Origin: Okamejei kenojei
Lineage: Eukaryota
Assembly: GCA_035221665.1 (NCBI GenBank)
Contig: CM069163.1
Coordinates: 17,360,001 to 17,424,000, forward strand
Length of the DNA: 64,000 nucleotides
Direction of reading: 5' to 3'
Within the stretch, counting starts at the first letter, position 1, and each line of letters begins with the position of its first letter. A program made the translations under genes and the position numbers. Below the pieces are notes generated by a model. That model worked only from the letters and a program-made list of their open reading frames with translations, made no database searches and was not told the DNA's origin. Shown here piece after piece: positions 1-13,671 of this stretch.

Positions 1-156
1 ACCTACACCTTTTAATATTCTCTTTTCATCATCTTGACACATATTTGGATTCAAATTCATTCCTCAAAACCAGGTTTTCTTCCATTTGATTTCCTTTAAT
101 GGGCTTTAATAAATTGTACCAAAAGGTTAAAAGATATTTCAGATAAGACTTGATGG

Positions 157-256
157 CAGTCTGAAGAAGGGTTCCGACCCAAAACGTCACCCATCCTTTT
201 TCTCCAGAGCTGCTGTCTGACCTGCTAAGTTACTCCAGCACTTTGTGTCTATCTTT
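157..256 (+). mobile_element. Short Penelope-derived repeat with hammerhead-like core
   Basis: cagtCTGAAGAagggttccgacccAAAACGTC...tttgtgtctatct, homologous to the tail of the GIY-YIG element at 61272-61797. Confidence 0.75.
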
Positions 257-624
257 GCTTTATGGCACCTCCTCCATTTCCAATTAAGCAAACTAAATAA
301 TTATCCATGTAATTTTTATTTGATTTTTGAAGTTCGCCCATTTATAGCTAAATTTAAATATTCACACTTAATTCAACAGTTTTAAAAATCAACCTACATA
401 TTCATTTTGGGTTATTGGTCGGATATTTCCACTGTACCAAACTTCAGTAAGCAGTTTAGTCTAAAGTAGAATCTGAAATCATCCACTGGATACCTGATAT
501 ATAGCTAAACATACTGATGACTGAGCTTTTGGAAAAGAATAAAGGAAATGGTAATTTATACAAACTCACAACATAATAATACAGGTAAAGAATGACTCAT
601 TTGGATCTGTTTCTGTGCTTGTAG

Positions 625-743
625 GCTCTTTCGAAAAGAAACAGGCTATTCCTACCAATGCGCCTGCATCCGAGAACAGTAGCACCAACCACAGTATTGG
701 TAGCACCCAGAGTACTCCATGTTCTTCCAGCAGTGTTGCATAG
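625..743 (+). CDS. ENG: Endoglin last coding exon (cytoplasmic tail); upstream exons lie outside the window
   Basis: Acceptor ttctgtgcttgtag| is followed by xGC-SFEKKQAIPTNAPASENSSTNHSIGSTQSTPCSSSSVA*. This matches the endoglin/betaglycan tail (STNHSIGSTQSTPCS as in ENG). The exon is convergent with FPGS, as at human 9q34. Confidence 0.9.
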
Positions 744-3700
744 CCATCGACAAGACTTCCAACAATGGTTATAAAGTACTATTACATTTCATCAAAAATC
801 ATGTGCAATCTTTGGTAAATGTGGCAGCAATGTAGAAAATAGGTGTAACAAAGTATTTTTAACAAAGTAGCAGAAGTGTTATTACATTGCATCATCAAAA
901 ACTTGCATAGAAGTCTACCTACTCATGGTTGCCTGGGATCGAGAGAATAATGATATTGGACAGTCATTATAATGCAGTAATTATTCACAATCAGTTCAGG
1001 TGATGTTTTAAACAAAGGTAAACTATTTAACTCTATTGCTTGCACAGAGAACAAGAATTTGACAAAAAGTCACTTTATTATTATTATTGTAGTTAAATAC
1101 AATTTAAATGTTTTTTTTGTGGGGATTACATGGCTCCATATTTCATGCCAGAAAGCCTGTTGATTCCAGTGCCAATTAGAGGGAGTTATTTGTGATTTAA
1201 TGGGTGAGAACATTCACTTGCATAGGTTTCTAATTTTAATCCAATCTCTTAAAATCCAGCAAAGAACAACTTTTACACAGTAAAATAATTTTAATAATGA
1301 CAAATTCTGACTCCTAGCCTACAGCATTCAGATGTTCATTGAAATATGGGCATTTGCTGGGACGTGGAGACATTCCTGCACAAATGCCATTTATCATCTG
1401 TATATAATTATTGGGACATTTATTATCCTGCATATCTTATATTGCAGTAATATAAATAGTAATGTTTTCTTGTAAATGGAAAACTGAAAGATCTCTTGAA
1501 ATAACATAGTGATATTACATTCTACAACTAATTTATGGTAAAAGAAAGAGTCCAGAAAGTCAAACCAAATTTTATGATTACTGGATAATTTTGGAAAATA
1601 ATTAATAACAGGAATGCTATTAAAACCCTCAATTTGTTTCATAGCTAATGCAAGGTCAATGGAATATTTGACAATGCTATTGATGGACATTAGTAATGAT
1701 GATTAACGAGTTCATCTTTAAGTGCCATCACAATCTAAACTCATATCCAAAAGCTTATTGTATGAATTTACCAATAACAAATGAAATTTTAATATTTAGC
1801 ACTTTCTCCTCTTAATTTCTAAATCCCTGATATTTAAAGAAATATGTTTTGTCTTTATTACAATAGATACTCTGCAGGTTATTATATTAGTCAATGTAGA
1901 AAACCAGAACTTAAACCAACATTACTTTTTCTTTAAATAGGAAAGGTAAATGGGAAGAGACAATCTCTTTCAAAATTGAACAAAATGTAAGAGAACCCAA
2001 GATCTATTTACCATCATCCATGTGATGTTTGGCTCCTGCCTTAGTAATCCTTGACCCAATGTTTAAATCCATCAGTGGACTTGTACTTGCCAATCTTTGC
2101 TGCCGTCCCCTTCCTCTGAGAACTTTGCTCAGCTCCACTGTTGGGCTGTGTGGACCTTTTGCCCCGTTGTAAGCCTTCTTTAACGGCAGCCCAATTTCTG
2201 TTTTCTGTTATCCCTTCTCTCATCTTCCTTCAGTACAAACACACTTAATACCTACTGGTCTCTGGCTCAGCACCATCATGTCTCATTACTTTCTTGCTGC
2301 ACCTTTGACATGTTTTATTTTGTAGATGATGCTAATCAAGTTGTTATTGACAGGATGAAATCGATATTTTTTTTGATTACTGGTAATACATTACCATGTT
2401 TAGAAATTATCAAATTTGATAAAGTTAAATTACAACAATTGTAGTTATTTGCACAAAAATAACACCAATCTTATCACATTAGAGAACATTTCTGGTTGTG
2501 TCATTCAAATTTAAAAAAAGAATCAGGAATAAGGATAATTTATGGTATAGAACACATGCAAGATTTTGATGAACTAAAATAACAATTAAATCTTGTACAG
2601 CAGACAAACCTGTACATTGTATTATGAAAGGTTGGAGGCAGCAATTGTATCCATGTCCTGTTATGGGTAATCATGGGGAATAGCACGTAACTCCACGACT
2701 GGAGATAGAAAGAAAAGTTGACTAATATGAACCAAGTGAAATTAGCAAAATTTGAGGTGATAAGTAGAACCCATTTTTTTTAATATGTGTGAAGATAGAC
2801 ACAAAAAGCATTCAATAGGACCACGGCTGCTAATTTACCACACTGTAACATTTCTGGCACTAATGCTCTTTTGATTCCCCGAATAATAAAGAATCTACTC
2901 AGATAAATTTGCATAACTTTTGCTACTCTTCTCGAGAGATTTTCCAGAGATGTGACATTCAACAGAACATTTGAGAATTCCTTGAACATTTAAAGTATTT
3001 TTTCAAAATGAAATCCTGGCATTTGCACATTAATAATGCAAGATTTCCTGTCCTTTGAAACAATCTTAACTTTTGTAAAATCTTACAGTTAAGACAACAG
3101 ATAAATGTATTGTACAGATAGCAATTTAACTGCAGCACCTAATAGCATGGCATAAATAGAAGTTAAAACGGTTTTCATTGCGATCTCCTCGACAAACGTT
3201 TGGTCATTGTTACACTGCATTCTCCACTGGCTGTGATACACAAGCTTTTGCTTTGGTGGCCTGCCGAAAGTTTGTTCCAAAAGCTTTCTCCTAGTTTGTA
3301 TCAACTCAACACTTTGCAGTGGACTAAAGGGTCAGAGAGAAGGTTGTTTTGCTTTATTTACTGCTGTGGGTGAAGCATTGAGTGGTTCAAAAATATTAAG
3401 AATTTAATTCTGCTGGAAACTTAAAGCAGTGATGGAGAATCTAACAAAGAATGCAGGAATGATCGAGGTACAGCTTGTGAAATACTGCTATTGTGCTTTC
3501 AGTTAGTAACTTTTTTGGTAAAATTTTAGATAACTCAAACATTTTGAGATTTGTACAACAGCAATCTACAGAGCTGACAACATTTTGCATTGTCACCAGA
3601 TATTTTTATACTACCTGTTTATAATCCACAACATTAGCATCAACATCAGCAGCAAATATATATACAAAACATACTTGGTCTATCCTTGAACTATTCAGTT

Positions 3701-4189
3701 ATTCACAAGTTTGTCAAGAGCTTTTCGTTGGTCCTTTTCCATTTTAAACTGAGCTGCTGGCATTTCCTTACTTTGAAAATAAGATTTTTTATATGTCAAC
3801 ACAATCCCCCAGTTTACCAGCTTTTTACATACAACCCAGCATTCAAAAACAGTATTGACATGTATTTTCCTTACCTTACCACTTAAAGACCTTAAATAGA
3901 CAGCATCAAATGTGGGAAACATTGCAAGCCATTGTCAGCAGTGGTGGTAGGAACTAACATTAAAAAATATATTGAAAGCAGATGAGATATAACTCATATG
4001 GACTACATAAAAATGTTGAAAAATATGAACTGAGAAACATATACATGCCTACCTTCTCTAGAAGTAACCAGTGGCATAATAATTTACATCAAATGTATAG
4101 GACAGATGCAGCTCATTTGGTCCAACAGGTTTATGCTGGCATTTAAACTCCAAATAACCTGCACCCAACTCTCCATCTAAACTTTGTTT

Positions 4190-4325
4190 AAGAAAGAACT
4201 GCAGATGCTGGAAAAATTGAAGCTAGACAAAAATGCTGGAGAAACTCAGCGAACCCAAAACGTCACCTATTTCCTTCGCTTCATAGATGCTGCCTCATCC
4301 GCTGAGTTTCTCCAGCATTTTTCTC
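4190..4325. repeat. Head-to-head inverted pair of Penelope-tail repeats
   Basis: aaaatgctggagaaactcagcg ... cgctgagtttctccagcatttt are inverted arms. A similar arrangement occurs near 14041-14150. Confidence 0.7.
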
Positions 4326-4576
4326 CATCTAAACTGGTTGGCATCTTCCATTTATTTCTCTTCCTTGTGCTTATTTAGATATCCCATAAACTCGCCTGAC
4401 AGTTTGTTTCACTACTCTTAGGGTTAAGACGTTTATTCTGAATTCTCCACTGGATTTATTAATTTACTTCATTTTTAGTAGTTCCTAGTTTTGATTTCCC
4501 TAAAAGTTAAAATATCTCCAGGTCTCCCGTATCAAATCCCTATATCATATCTCCTGTGCTGTAAGAGAACAAACAT

Positions 4577-4667
4577 CAGAAGAAGGGTCTCAACCCAAAA
4601 CCTCATTCCTTCACTCCAGAGATGCTGCCTGTCCCACTGAGGTATTCCAGCTCTTTGTGTCTATCTT
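4577..4667 (+). mobile_element. Short Penelope-tail repeat, degenerate
   Basis: cagaagaagggtctcaacccaaaac...tttgtgtctatct. Confidence 0.65.
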
Positions 4668-5799
4668 TAGTTTCCTATATCCAAAACACCTTCCAGGAAG
4701 CAGATGGCTCAGAATTTCTCCGATTTTTGAGGAGTCTTATGTGTGTTTTCTCTCCCTTTATTTTAGAATGCTTGACTTTACATCAGGTTGGAAAATCATA
4801 CAATTTAAGCATTTTTTATGGTATCTATACATTTCTCCATCTATATAATTTCAAAACAAAATGTTTGGTGATACTTGTATTTCTTCGAAGTGCAAGTTAT
4901 ATTTTCACAATTACAACAAATACAAAACAACATCAGATAATCCCCCCATAATTATACCAAGTATACATAATGGTCATATTTATACTTAAAAAGAAATAAC
5001 TGCAATCTTTTTGTGTGCCATGTGGCTATCGTCATGCTATCTACTTGATACCGCAAAGAAGGGACAGAATTACATTTACCACCAGAAATGTTTGACTATT
5101 TTCTTCACTTCCAAAGAGAAAATTGTCCATTTTTTAATTTCAAAATTATATAACATTTATCTCAGTCTCTGAAGCTTTCTTTTTCAATAATAGTTTGATA
5201 TCAGAAATTGATTCAAATTTAAAGAGCTATATGATCTCCATATTAATTGAAAATAGAGCTGGTGAACAATCCTAAATATATTGTTCATGTAAACTGTTTA
5301 TAGAAACTCTTATCCTATGTATTTTCTGCAGTAATATGTGATTCTAATGTCTTCGAAGAAGACTGGAAATTATTGACCTGTATCAGTCTTATACAAGAGA
5401 TATATATATTATTACTCTGTGTAATGTTTGTTTTAATTATACTGAAATTGAACTTAGAATTTTGTAGACTAAAATGAAATCATGTAAAGCCTTTTAAAAT
5501 GTTGTAAAGTACATTGAATGAAAAGTTTACACAGGACCAAATACTCTCATTAAAGTACTCCAAAATTCAAGGAGGATTTGGATCCGAGTGAGTTTGTCAT
5601 CTTTCATGAGTCATAGAGTTATACAGCTAGAAAACAGGCTCTTTGACCCAACACATCCATGCCGACCAAGATGTCCCACCTAAACTAGTGTGAATGGATA
5701 AACTGTGGGTAGTGTGAAACCGATGGATAAAATCGGTCAAATCATGAGTAGTTTAAATATTAATTCCATAAATAAATGAAAGCATGGCTCAAAAAATGA

Positions 5800-6360
5800 A
5801 GAAACAAGGAACTGTTACAGAAAACACTGGAATAACTGGTGGGTCAGGCAGCATCTCTGGATCAGTACCCTTCATCAGACTGATTGTGTATGTATGTGTG
5901 GGAGGAGTTGGGTGAGAAGAGACCTGGAAAGTAGGTGGGGAGGAGCAGGACAAGACCTTGTGAATTATAGGTGGATATGGTGAGGGGGTTTGATAGGTAG
6001 ATGGTTGGACAAAGGCCTGAAATGAAAAGACAAAAGGTGTGAGTTAAGAATAGAAGTGTGAATTGTGATGTAGTCAGATTAAGAAAGGTGAGAGAGGTGT
6101 CAGTGATAGTCCAAGTGAATTTAAGGGTAGGGTGAAATTTAGTGGAAAAGTTAATGAAATCAATGAATTCTGCACAGTTGCAGAAGGCAGCCCTGATGTA
6201 GCGGAGAACAAGTTGGGGTATGGTGTCCGTTCACGTTATAACTAGGACTGTTCAACATAACCATCAAAAATGTATGCAAGGTGCCTATGGCTACACCTTT
6301 AACTTAAGAGAAGTCAAACGAGTAGTAGTTGAGGGTGTGGACGAGTTCCGCCAGGTGAAG
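5800..6360 (-). mobile_element. Degenerate Penelope-like fragment
   Basis: Reverse-strand tail (cccttcatcagactga), followed by a purine-rich segment like the one at 41205-41900. Confidence 0.5.
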
Positions 6361-6417
6361 GAGTGAATACATTTTTGTCTTTCAAACTCCTATTTAGGCT
6401 ACGGGATGTACAAAGAT

Positions 6418-6930
6418 CATAAGTGATCGTAGCAGAATTAGGCTATTTGGCTCTTCACGTCTACTCCGCCATTCAATCATGGCGGATCTATCTCCCCCTC
6501 CTAACCCGTTCTCCTACCCCGTAACCTCTGACACCCGTACTAATCAAGAATCTACCTACCTCTGCCTTAAATATATCCAGACTTGGCCTCCACAGCATTT
6601 GGCAAAGAAATCCACAGATTCACCACCCTCTGACAAAATAAATTCCTCCTCATCTCCTTCCTAAAAGTCGTTTAATTCTGAGGCCATGACCCCTAGTCCG
6701 AGACTCTCCCACTAGTGGAAAAATCCTCTCTACATCCACTCGCTCCCAGCCTTTCACTATTCTGTACATTTCAATGAGGTCCCCCCTCATTCTTCTAAAC
6801 TCCAGCGAGTACAGGTCCAGTGCCATCAAATGCTCATTATGTTAACCTACTCATTCCTGGGATCATTCTTGTAAAACTCCTCTGGATCCTATCCAGAGTC
6901 GGCATATCCTTCCTCAGAAATATGCCCAAA
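6418..6930 (-). mobile_element. CR1-type LINE 3' fragment
   Basis: Minus-strand translation includes RIQRSFTRMIPGMSRLT, and the 3' tail is CR1/HER1-like. A plus-strand tail copy follows at about 6950-7065. Confidence 0.75.
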
Positions 6931-8861
6931 ATTCCTACAATACGCTTGGTGTCTGGGGTTATGGGGAGAAGGCAGGAGAGGGAAAGATAGATCAGCCATG
7001 ATTGAATGGTGAAATGGTGACTTGTAAGGCTGAATGGCCCAATTCTACTTCCAAAGCTTATGAACATGAAATCATCCTCTACTCTACAAATGCAATTACA
7101 GGGTGTGGGGTTGCCATCTCGTCCATCTAGGTGCATCCCATTTGCCTGCAATTGGTCCATTGTCCTCCAAACCTTTCCTACCCATGTACCAGTCCAAATG
7201 TCTTAAATAAACAAAACCTAGATTAAATGTTGAATCCTTTCACCTCTTATTTTCAGCGATGTTAGAAGGGGATGATATGAAGGCTCAGAGTTAACTGGCT
7301 GTCCCATCACACATTCTCCATTCACTCACTTCCTCTACTACCTGCATTTAACGGAATCTGGAAAGCTGATCTTACTTAGCCTGAGGGTCCCAGATTGAGC
7401 AGCAAGATCATGAGAAGGGGCAAGATCTTGAACCATTAAATGGACAAGCCAGAACATGTCCTGCTGCAACTTCTCTGGAATGGTTTGACTGCAAATTACT
7501 TCCAGTTTGCCAGATGCCAAGATCATACAATGTTTCTGAATATCCCTGATTTTAGAAACAGCTAAATGTATTCAAATGAAATAATTAACTTAAACAAATT
7601 AAGTCAAGAACAAATAATTTAAAGCAGAATGTAGCTTTCTTACCGTCTTTGATGCCGCCCAGCAATTCCCATTAAATGGAAGGGCTTGTTGACCAAGCGC
7701 TGAATCCAAGAACAGGCTCTCCAGAATTGTGGTTGTGAGCAAGATTCTATTCCAGTGCTGACTCCATGAGGAAATTCAGTGGCAGAATACAGCCAAGAAA
7801 TAGTTGGCAGAGCACAGCTCAATATGTTCCTTTCACAAGGGTGTCCAGAAATTCTGACACTCAGCATGCTACGTCGATATAATGATTTAGATTAACAAGT
7901 GTTTTTAATTGAAAAATATAATTTATTTATTTTTTTTGCCATTTCCAAACCAAGTTCTCAGGATTGAGTTATTTTGGAGTGAAGGTGATGACGCCACTGG
8001 CATGGACTAAGTGAACTAGTTCTGCACTCTTCCAGCGAGCTGACAGCTGACTAATATGAACAAAAGTGGAGCGAACCGATCTGTGCCAGTGTCTTCATAA
8101 TAAACATAATTTCTCAGGCAGTTTGTGTTAAAAGAATAAAACAATATTGGCTCAAAATCATTTTTGTGACTACATCTAATCCAGGAGATTTATAAAATTA
8201 AACAAATTGACGATTAAATAGGATTGCCCTATACTTTTTGTTACTGGTTACAATTTCAGTCATCAACTGAAGTCAGCCAGTCCTTGCATTTGTAAAGTCA
8301 TGGACAGGACATGAATGATTTACTATTCCAGGATAATGTAGCTTCCGGAGAGGTTGTGAAGTACAGTATAAACATTACATGGGATTACCAACACATAATC
8401 AATTACTGATTTTGCCTAATGTATAGCAAGATTGTCACCGACTGGTTGCAAAATGAATTTCACTGTACCTAGGTACAGTAAAGGTACCAATTAAACTAAC
8501 AATCTGTACTGAAAACAGTTTAGTATTAGTCATCTACTAGCTATAAACCAATTGTAGCAATTGAACACAAGGCTGAAGTCCTTTGGCCCGTGTGTACCCT
8601 TTATTTATTGTCCAAATATTGCCGGACGATTTTTCCCAACAAGAATCCAATCACCTATTCTTGATATCAATACTCCCTACAGTCACAAAGATGCCACTAA
8701 CAACATTGCAAAAGAAGGGTGGGGCAGGGGAAGGAGTGGTTCCGCATGGGCAGAAACTTAACTTGGCCAGCCACTTAATACATCTTAGGTAAGAAGAAAG
8801 CAATACAATTACACCCCAACATCGGGATTGCAATGAGATTCCAGCTTAATGGCATCTTTCC

Positions 8862-11800
8862 CTCTGCCCGAAGTGAGAGTGAACGCTGGCGCGACTAGCT
8901 GCCGCTGCTCTCTCCCTGAATTATGTATTATTGCTGTTCTTACTACTTCTTATCGTAATTTGAGCAGGGAATCTATCTGTCAACACACTTCAGCAACTTG
9001 TCTGCTGACTTTAATGGAATATCCTGTTATTACCTTCGTCTTTTGGTTGTTGGAGCCCATGATCTCACCTCCACTACATGCCGCTCCTGTTTCCGGCCGC
9101 CGGCGTTTGGATTAATCATTGGCCACAATGAGGATTAACAGCTTGTTTTTATGGACTGTGTATGTCTGGCTCACTCTCTCATCCATGCAATCCTGTTACA
9201 CCGATTCTCCAATACTCGGTGGATGAACTTCTCCAGCTGCGACCCCACCTGTCCAACCCATCCCCGGTGTTACATCTTCACCTGTATCTGGATCGTCATT
9301 ATCGTCGGAAATATATCCATCGTGGCTCCGGACGGAGATTCAACATTGATGACAAAGCCAAGATCCTTCTGGTCATCGTCACATCGTCCCCCGAGAAAGC
9401 ACCACAATGTGCAAACTAACCTAGCCAGGTCGGCTAGCGCTAATGTCGGCATCACCAGCGTCTCCGTTGGGCTGTTCAACATCTGCTCACTCACCAACAA
9501 GGGTCCCCTGGTCTACGATCTTTTACAGGACAACAAATTTGACTTCTTGTGCCGGACTGAAACCTGGCAGCGTCAGAATGACTACACACAGCTCAACGAG
9601 GCTGTCCCACCTGGGTTTGCTTATGCCTGTCAATCAGGCTGAAGGGGCAGTGTCGCAATGCTCTACAATGACAAGTGGACAGTGTCTCCTGTCACTGTCC
9701 CTGCCCACAACTCATTCAAATCCATAATCCTACAAGTCAGTGGACCCGTCCCTACTCTTTTAGCCACTATCTATCGCCCACCAAGCCCAATAATATTTTT
9801 TTAAAATTATTTTTCTTCCTTTTTGACATCCATTTACTCCATGTCCCAAAATGTCATAATACTGGGTGATCTTAATATTCACATGGACAATATTAGCAAC
9901 ACTCTTACAGGGGACTTTTCTTCAACTCTAGACAGTTTACAGATTACAGCAACATATTGACTTTCCCCACACACAACAAAGGTCACATCCTGGACCTCAT
10001 CTGCTGCTCTGGTTTAACTCCTTTTAACAGCACTGCATCTGATTTGCCCATCTCTGATCATAAGCTAATTTATTTTAATGTCAACTTACCACCACCCAAA
10101 ACAAATCAGTCTCGCTCCAACTCATTTCATAACATCAAGAATATTGATCTACCTGCTCTCTCAGTTGGAATTAACAATCTCCTCAATATAGATAAATTAG
10201 TCAACACTGATGGTTTCACATTACAATGATGGGACTTCAAAATATCCTGGACACTCTCGCTCCTCTGAAAACCTGGACTGTTTCTTTTACTCACTTTAGC
10301 CCCGGTACACACCCGCTCTATGCCAGCTAAAAATAAAAGGACGTCACCTGGAACATCTCTACAAAAAAACGGACTTGTTGTTCATTTTATGGACATTTAT
10401 GACAACCACATACTGCACTATAAGGATGCCCTCTCCACAGCTAAATCCATATACTATGCTAATTTAATTTCATCTGGCGAAGGGAACACTCGAGCCCTGT
10501 TTTCCACAATTAACATGATCTCACGACCACCTTATACTCTTCCACCCCACTTGTACTCAACTTCTCAATGAAATAGTTTTATGTCCTTTTACAAAACCAA
10601 AATTGAAAACATTTACCAACAGCTCCCCTCTTTATCTAATACCTATAATAGAGCACTCCATCCACCTTCCTCTGTCCCCCCTTTTCTTTATTATCTAGTT
10701 TTCAACTCCCAACTGTTACTGAAATATCTGATCTCATCCGGAAATCCAAATCATCCACCTGCCAGCTCGACCCCCTCCCCACCCACTTAGTCAAAACCTG
10801 TCTACCTTCCCTCTCCTTTTTCGTAACTAACATCATCCACTCCTCCCTTATTTCTGCTCATCTTCCTTCCTCTCTCAAAACCATTGCAATAACTCCAGTA
10901 CTTAAGAATCCCGGTGCCAATCCCAACCCTCCCCAGTCACCAGTGGTGTTCCCCAGGGCTCAGTCCTAGAGCCCCTCCTTTTTATAATTTATTTACTTCC
11001 CCTTGGTTTTATTTTCAGGAAATACAACATTCAATTTCACTGCTACGCGGATGACACCCAGCTCTACCTGTACACCAAACCCACTTCCATGCTTCCTCCC
11101 CCTTCCCTGTCTGACTGCTTAGTGGAAATTAAAACCTGCTTTGTTCACAACTTCCTCAAACTCAACAGTGACAAAACGGAAATTCTCCTTGTTGGCTCCA
11201 AATCCACCCTATCTAAATGTCCCAATTTCTCACTCACTATTGAGAATTCCATTGTCCCTTCTTCCCCCCAGGTCAAGAGTCTGGGTTTCATCCTTGATAG
11301 CACACTTTTTTGAAAAACAAATCAATATTCTCACTCGGTCGGCTTACTTCCACCAACGTACTATCCATCGTCTTCTTCCATCACTCACACATAACAGCAC
11401 TGTTTCTCTCATCCACACCCTCGTCACCTCCCGTATTGATTATTGTAACTCTCTCCTCTCTGGTTTAACCCACAAGTCCATCCATAAACTCCAATTGGTC
11501 CAGAACTCAGCTGGCTGCATTATCACCAGAACCCCATACACCGAACACATCACTCCCATCCTCAAACAACTGCACTGGTTCCCTGCCCAATACCGCATTG
11601 ATTTTAAGATTCTCCTCCTCACTTTCAAAGCCCTCCACAATCTTGCTCCTCCATACCTCTCTGTACTCCTCCAGCCTTACACTCCATCCCGAACTCTCCG
11701 ATCCCTCTTCTTCTTCCCTGTTCTCCACCCGCCTGTCCACGATGGAGTTCAGAGCTTTCAGCCGTTCTGCCCCTCGCCTCTGGAACTCTCTCCCACTATC

Positions 11801-12017
11801 CATCCATACCATAGAGTCTCTCCCCACCTTTAAAACTTCCCTCAAAACTCACCTATTCAGACTGGCCTATCCCACGTAACTCCACTTTCTATCAAATTTG
11901 TGGATATGTTGTTTTTTTCATTTTATTTATATATTTGTAATTTGCTTGTTTTAACTGTAAGGTGTCCTTGCGTGTTCTGTAAGGTGCCCATAAATAAAAT
12001 GCATTATTATTATTATT
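8862..12017 (+). mobile_element. L2-clade LINE, decayed and internally deleted
   Basis: APE motifs (GLFNICSL, TETW, GHILDL, SDHKLI) and RT motifs ([18 protein letters not shown] at about 11040; [13 protein letters not shown]). It has a (TAT)n tail and an 8-bp TSD ATCTTTCC at 8854-8861 and 12018-12025, with many frameshifts. Confidence 0.9.
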
Positions 12018-13543
12018 ATCTTTCCTGTTGTATAGTGACCAAAACTGAAGACAATACTCTGTGCAGCCTCACCAGCGTTGAAGGTTGACGTGGATAGAAT
12101 CTCCATAGGCAAGGGGATGAAAGAATAGTGGAGGTAGGTGGCAGTTTAGAGCAGAGATTATATCAGATCAGCCTTGACATTAAATGGGAGAGCGGGTTCA
12201 ATTCTAATTTGTATATTTGATAAAGTATGAACTGATTTGCATAAACCAAACTAGAAAAAAGGTCAGATCTTTAATGATTTTACTTTAAATATTGAAGTAA
12301 AACTAAAATTTACAGCAAAATCAAAGCACAAGACATAGGAATTATTTCCTTCACAAACATGAGCATTTCTGAATCACTAAAACCATTTATACAGAAACAA
12401 CATTTGACGGCCTCAACCTGACAATGCATTAAACGTTAACTTATGTGGCGCATCTTTTAATAAAAACTTTAATAAGACAAAAATGCAATGTTTTAAGACA
12501 AATTAATTTGTGATTATTTTCATATTAAAAGTTGTGCATTCAAGAAACAGGAAACAATGCAGTCAATACTGCCTGCGTGATCCTTGCATGAAAAACACAG
12601 CTGTCTCAAACAGACATTCTTTAATAAGAATCATGGCACTTTGAACAATTTATCCTTCCCAGCCGTTCCTCAGCCTCTCAGATTAGAGTCCTCTTTAATG
12701 GTTACTCTATTCCCATCATGGACAAAGGCAGCAGCCCACTCAAAGACCCACTCAATAGCAAGTTCAATGACGCAAAGCAACAAATCAAGGAAACATCCTT
12801 GACACAAAAACATGAGGGAGGTCTGGTTATTCAGATAACCTGAGCTTTTATTTTGGTCACCAATGATAATTATCAGTTAATTACTCTCCAACACAGATCA
12901 ACAACTACGTTAGGTTTAGAAATGGGTGCACCATAAAATTAAATAAACCAAAAAATGCAGTCATGAGTCAAAAAATGAACCCAATTATTCTGTCAATGGA
13001 TCCCTACATATAAAGCAGATTGAACTCCATGCCCATTGTGGATGGCACATATTTCATGTTAATATTCCATGGGGCATTATTGTAGAATAAACTACATACT
13101 GCAGGTACTTTTTCCATGCAAACAGGCACAAGGAAAATAGTACCTTAATTATTACAGATCTTAACGCTCCTACCAGGAACACAAGAGAGCAAGCTTGAAT
13201 TTAAAATGTATTCTCCCTAACACAGCTGACTTGACCCATTTAAGTTTAGTGATTTATTGAACTTCCACTTCACAATTAAAGTTTGAAATCTACCCTTAAA
13301 TAGTTTCCTGTTTTTACTGTCAACATTTAAATCCATTTATTACAGCCGGCTATTTTCAGAACTAACATTCCTCTTCAACTGCCAATTGCACGCAGTTCCA
13401 GACATTTTTTTCGGGAGGTCAAAAACAGAAAATTTGAATGCTCATCTTTTCCTGGATTCACAGATCATCTTATTCATGTCACCAGTCTGAAATTTCAGAC
13501 CATCTTGGAACCTGCTATCACAGCTACTTTACAGTTAGCTCCT

Positions 13544-13597
13544 GGGGTGGAAGATTGCAACCATCACGTGGTCCACCCAGTTTCAACTAATGCAATC
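13544..13597 (+). ncRNA. Minimal (P4-less) HDV-like ribozyme fold, mutated copy
   Basis: P1 GGGGUGG/CCACCCA, P2 GAUUGCA/UGCAAUC, P3 ACC/GGU, L3 AUCACGU, J4/2 CUAA retaining the candidate catalytic C13587. Confidence 0.75.
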
Positions 13598-13671
13598 AAC
13601 TGACGTGCGCAAACAAATAGAACAAGTTGACTTACAACTTTAGGCTGTGCACGCCATACGCAAGACGAAGA
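13544..13671 (+). mobile_element. Short non-tRNA SINE with 5' HDV-like ribozyme and GAA tail (copy 1)
   Basis: TSD AGTTAGCTCCT at 13533-13543 and 13672-13682. It has the same 5' start and body as the copy at 51203, and ends ccatacgcaagacgaagaag. Confidence 0.85.

Noticed and set aside
7985-8098. GTGATGA...CTGA plus terminal inverted arms, suggesting a C/D snoRNA or pre-miRNA
   Set aside because: There is no recognisable guide sequence, the arms are imperfect around a long loop, and it is not in a known host intron. An old MITE or chance is more likely.
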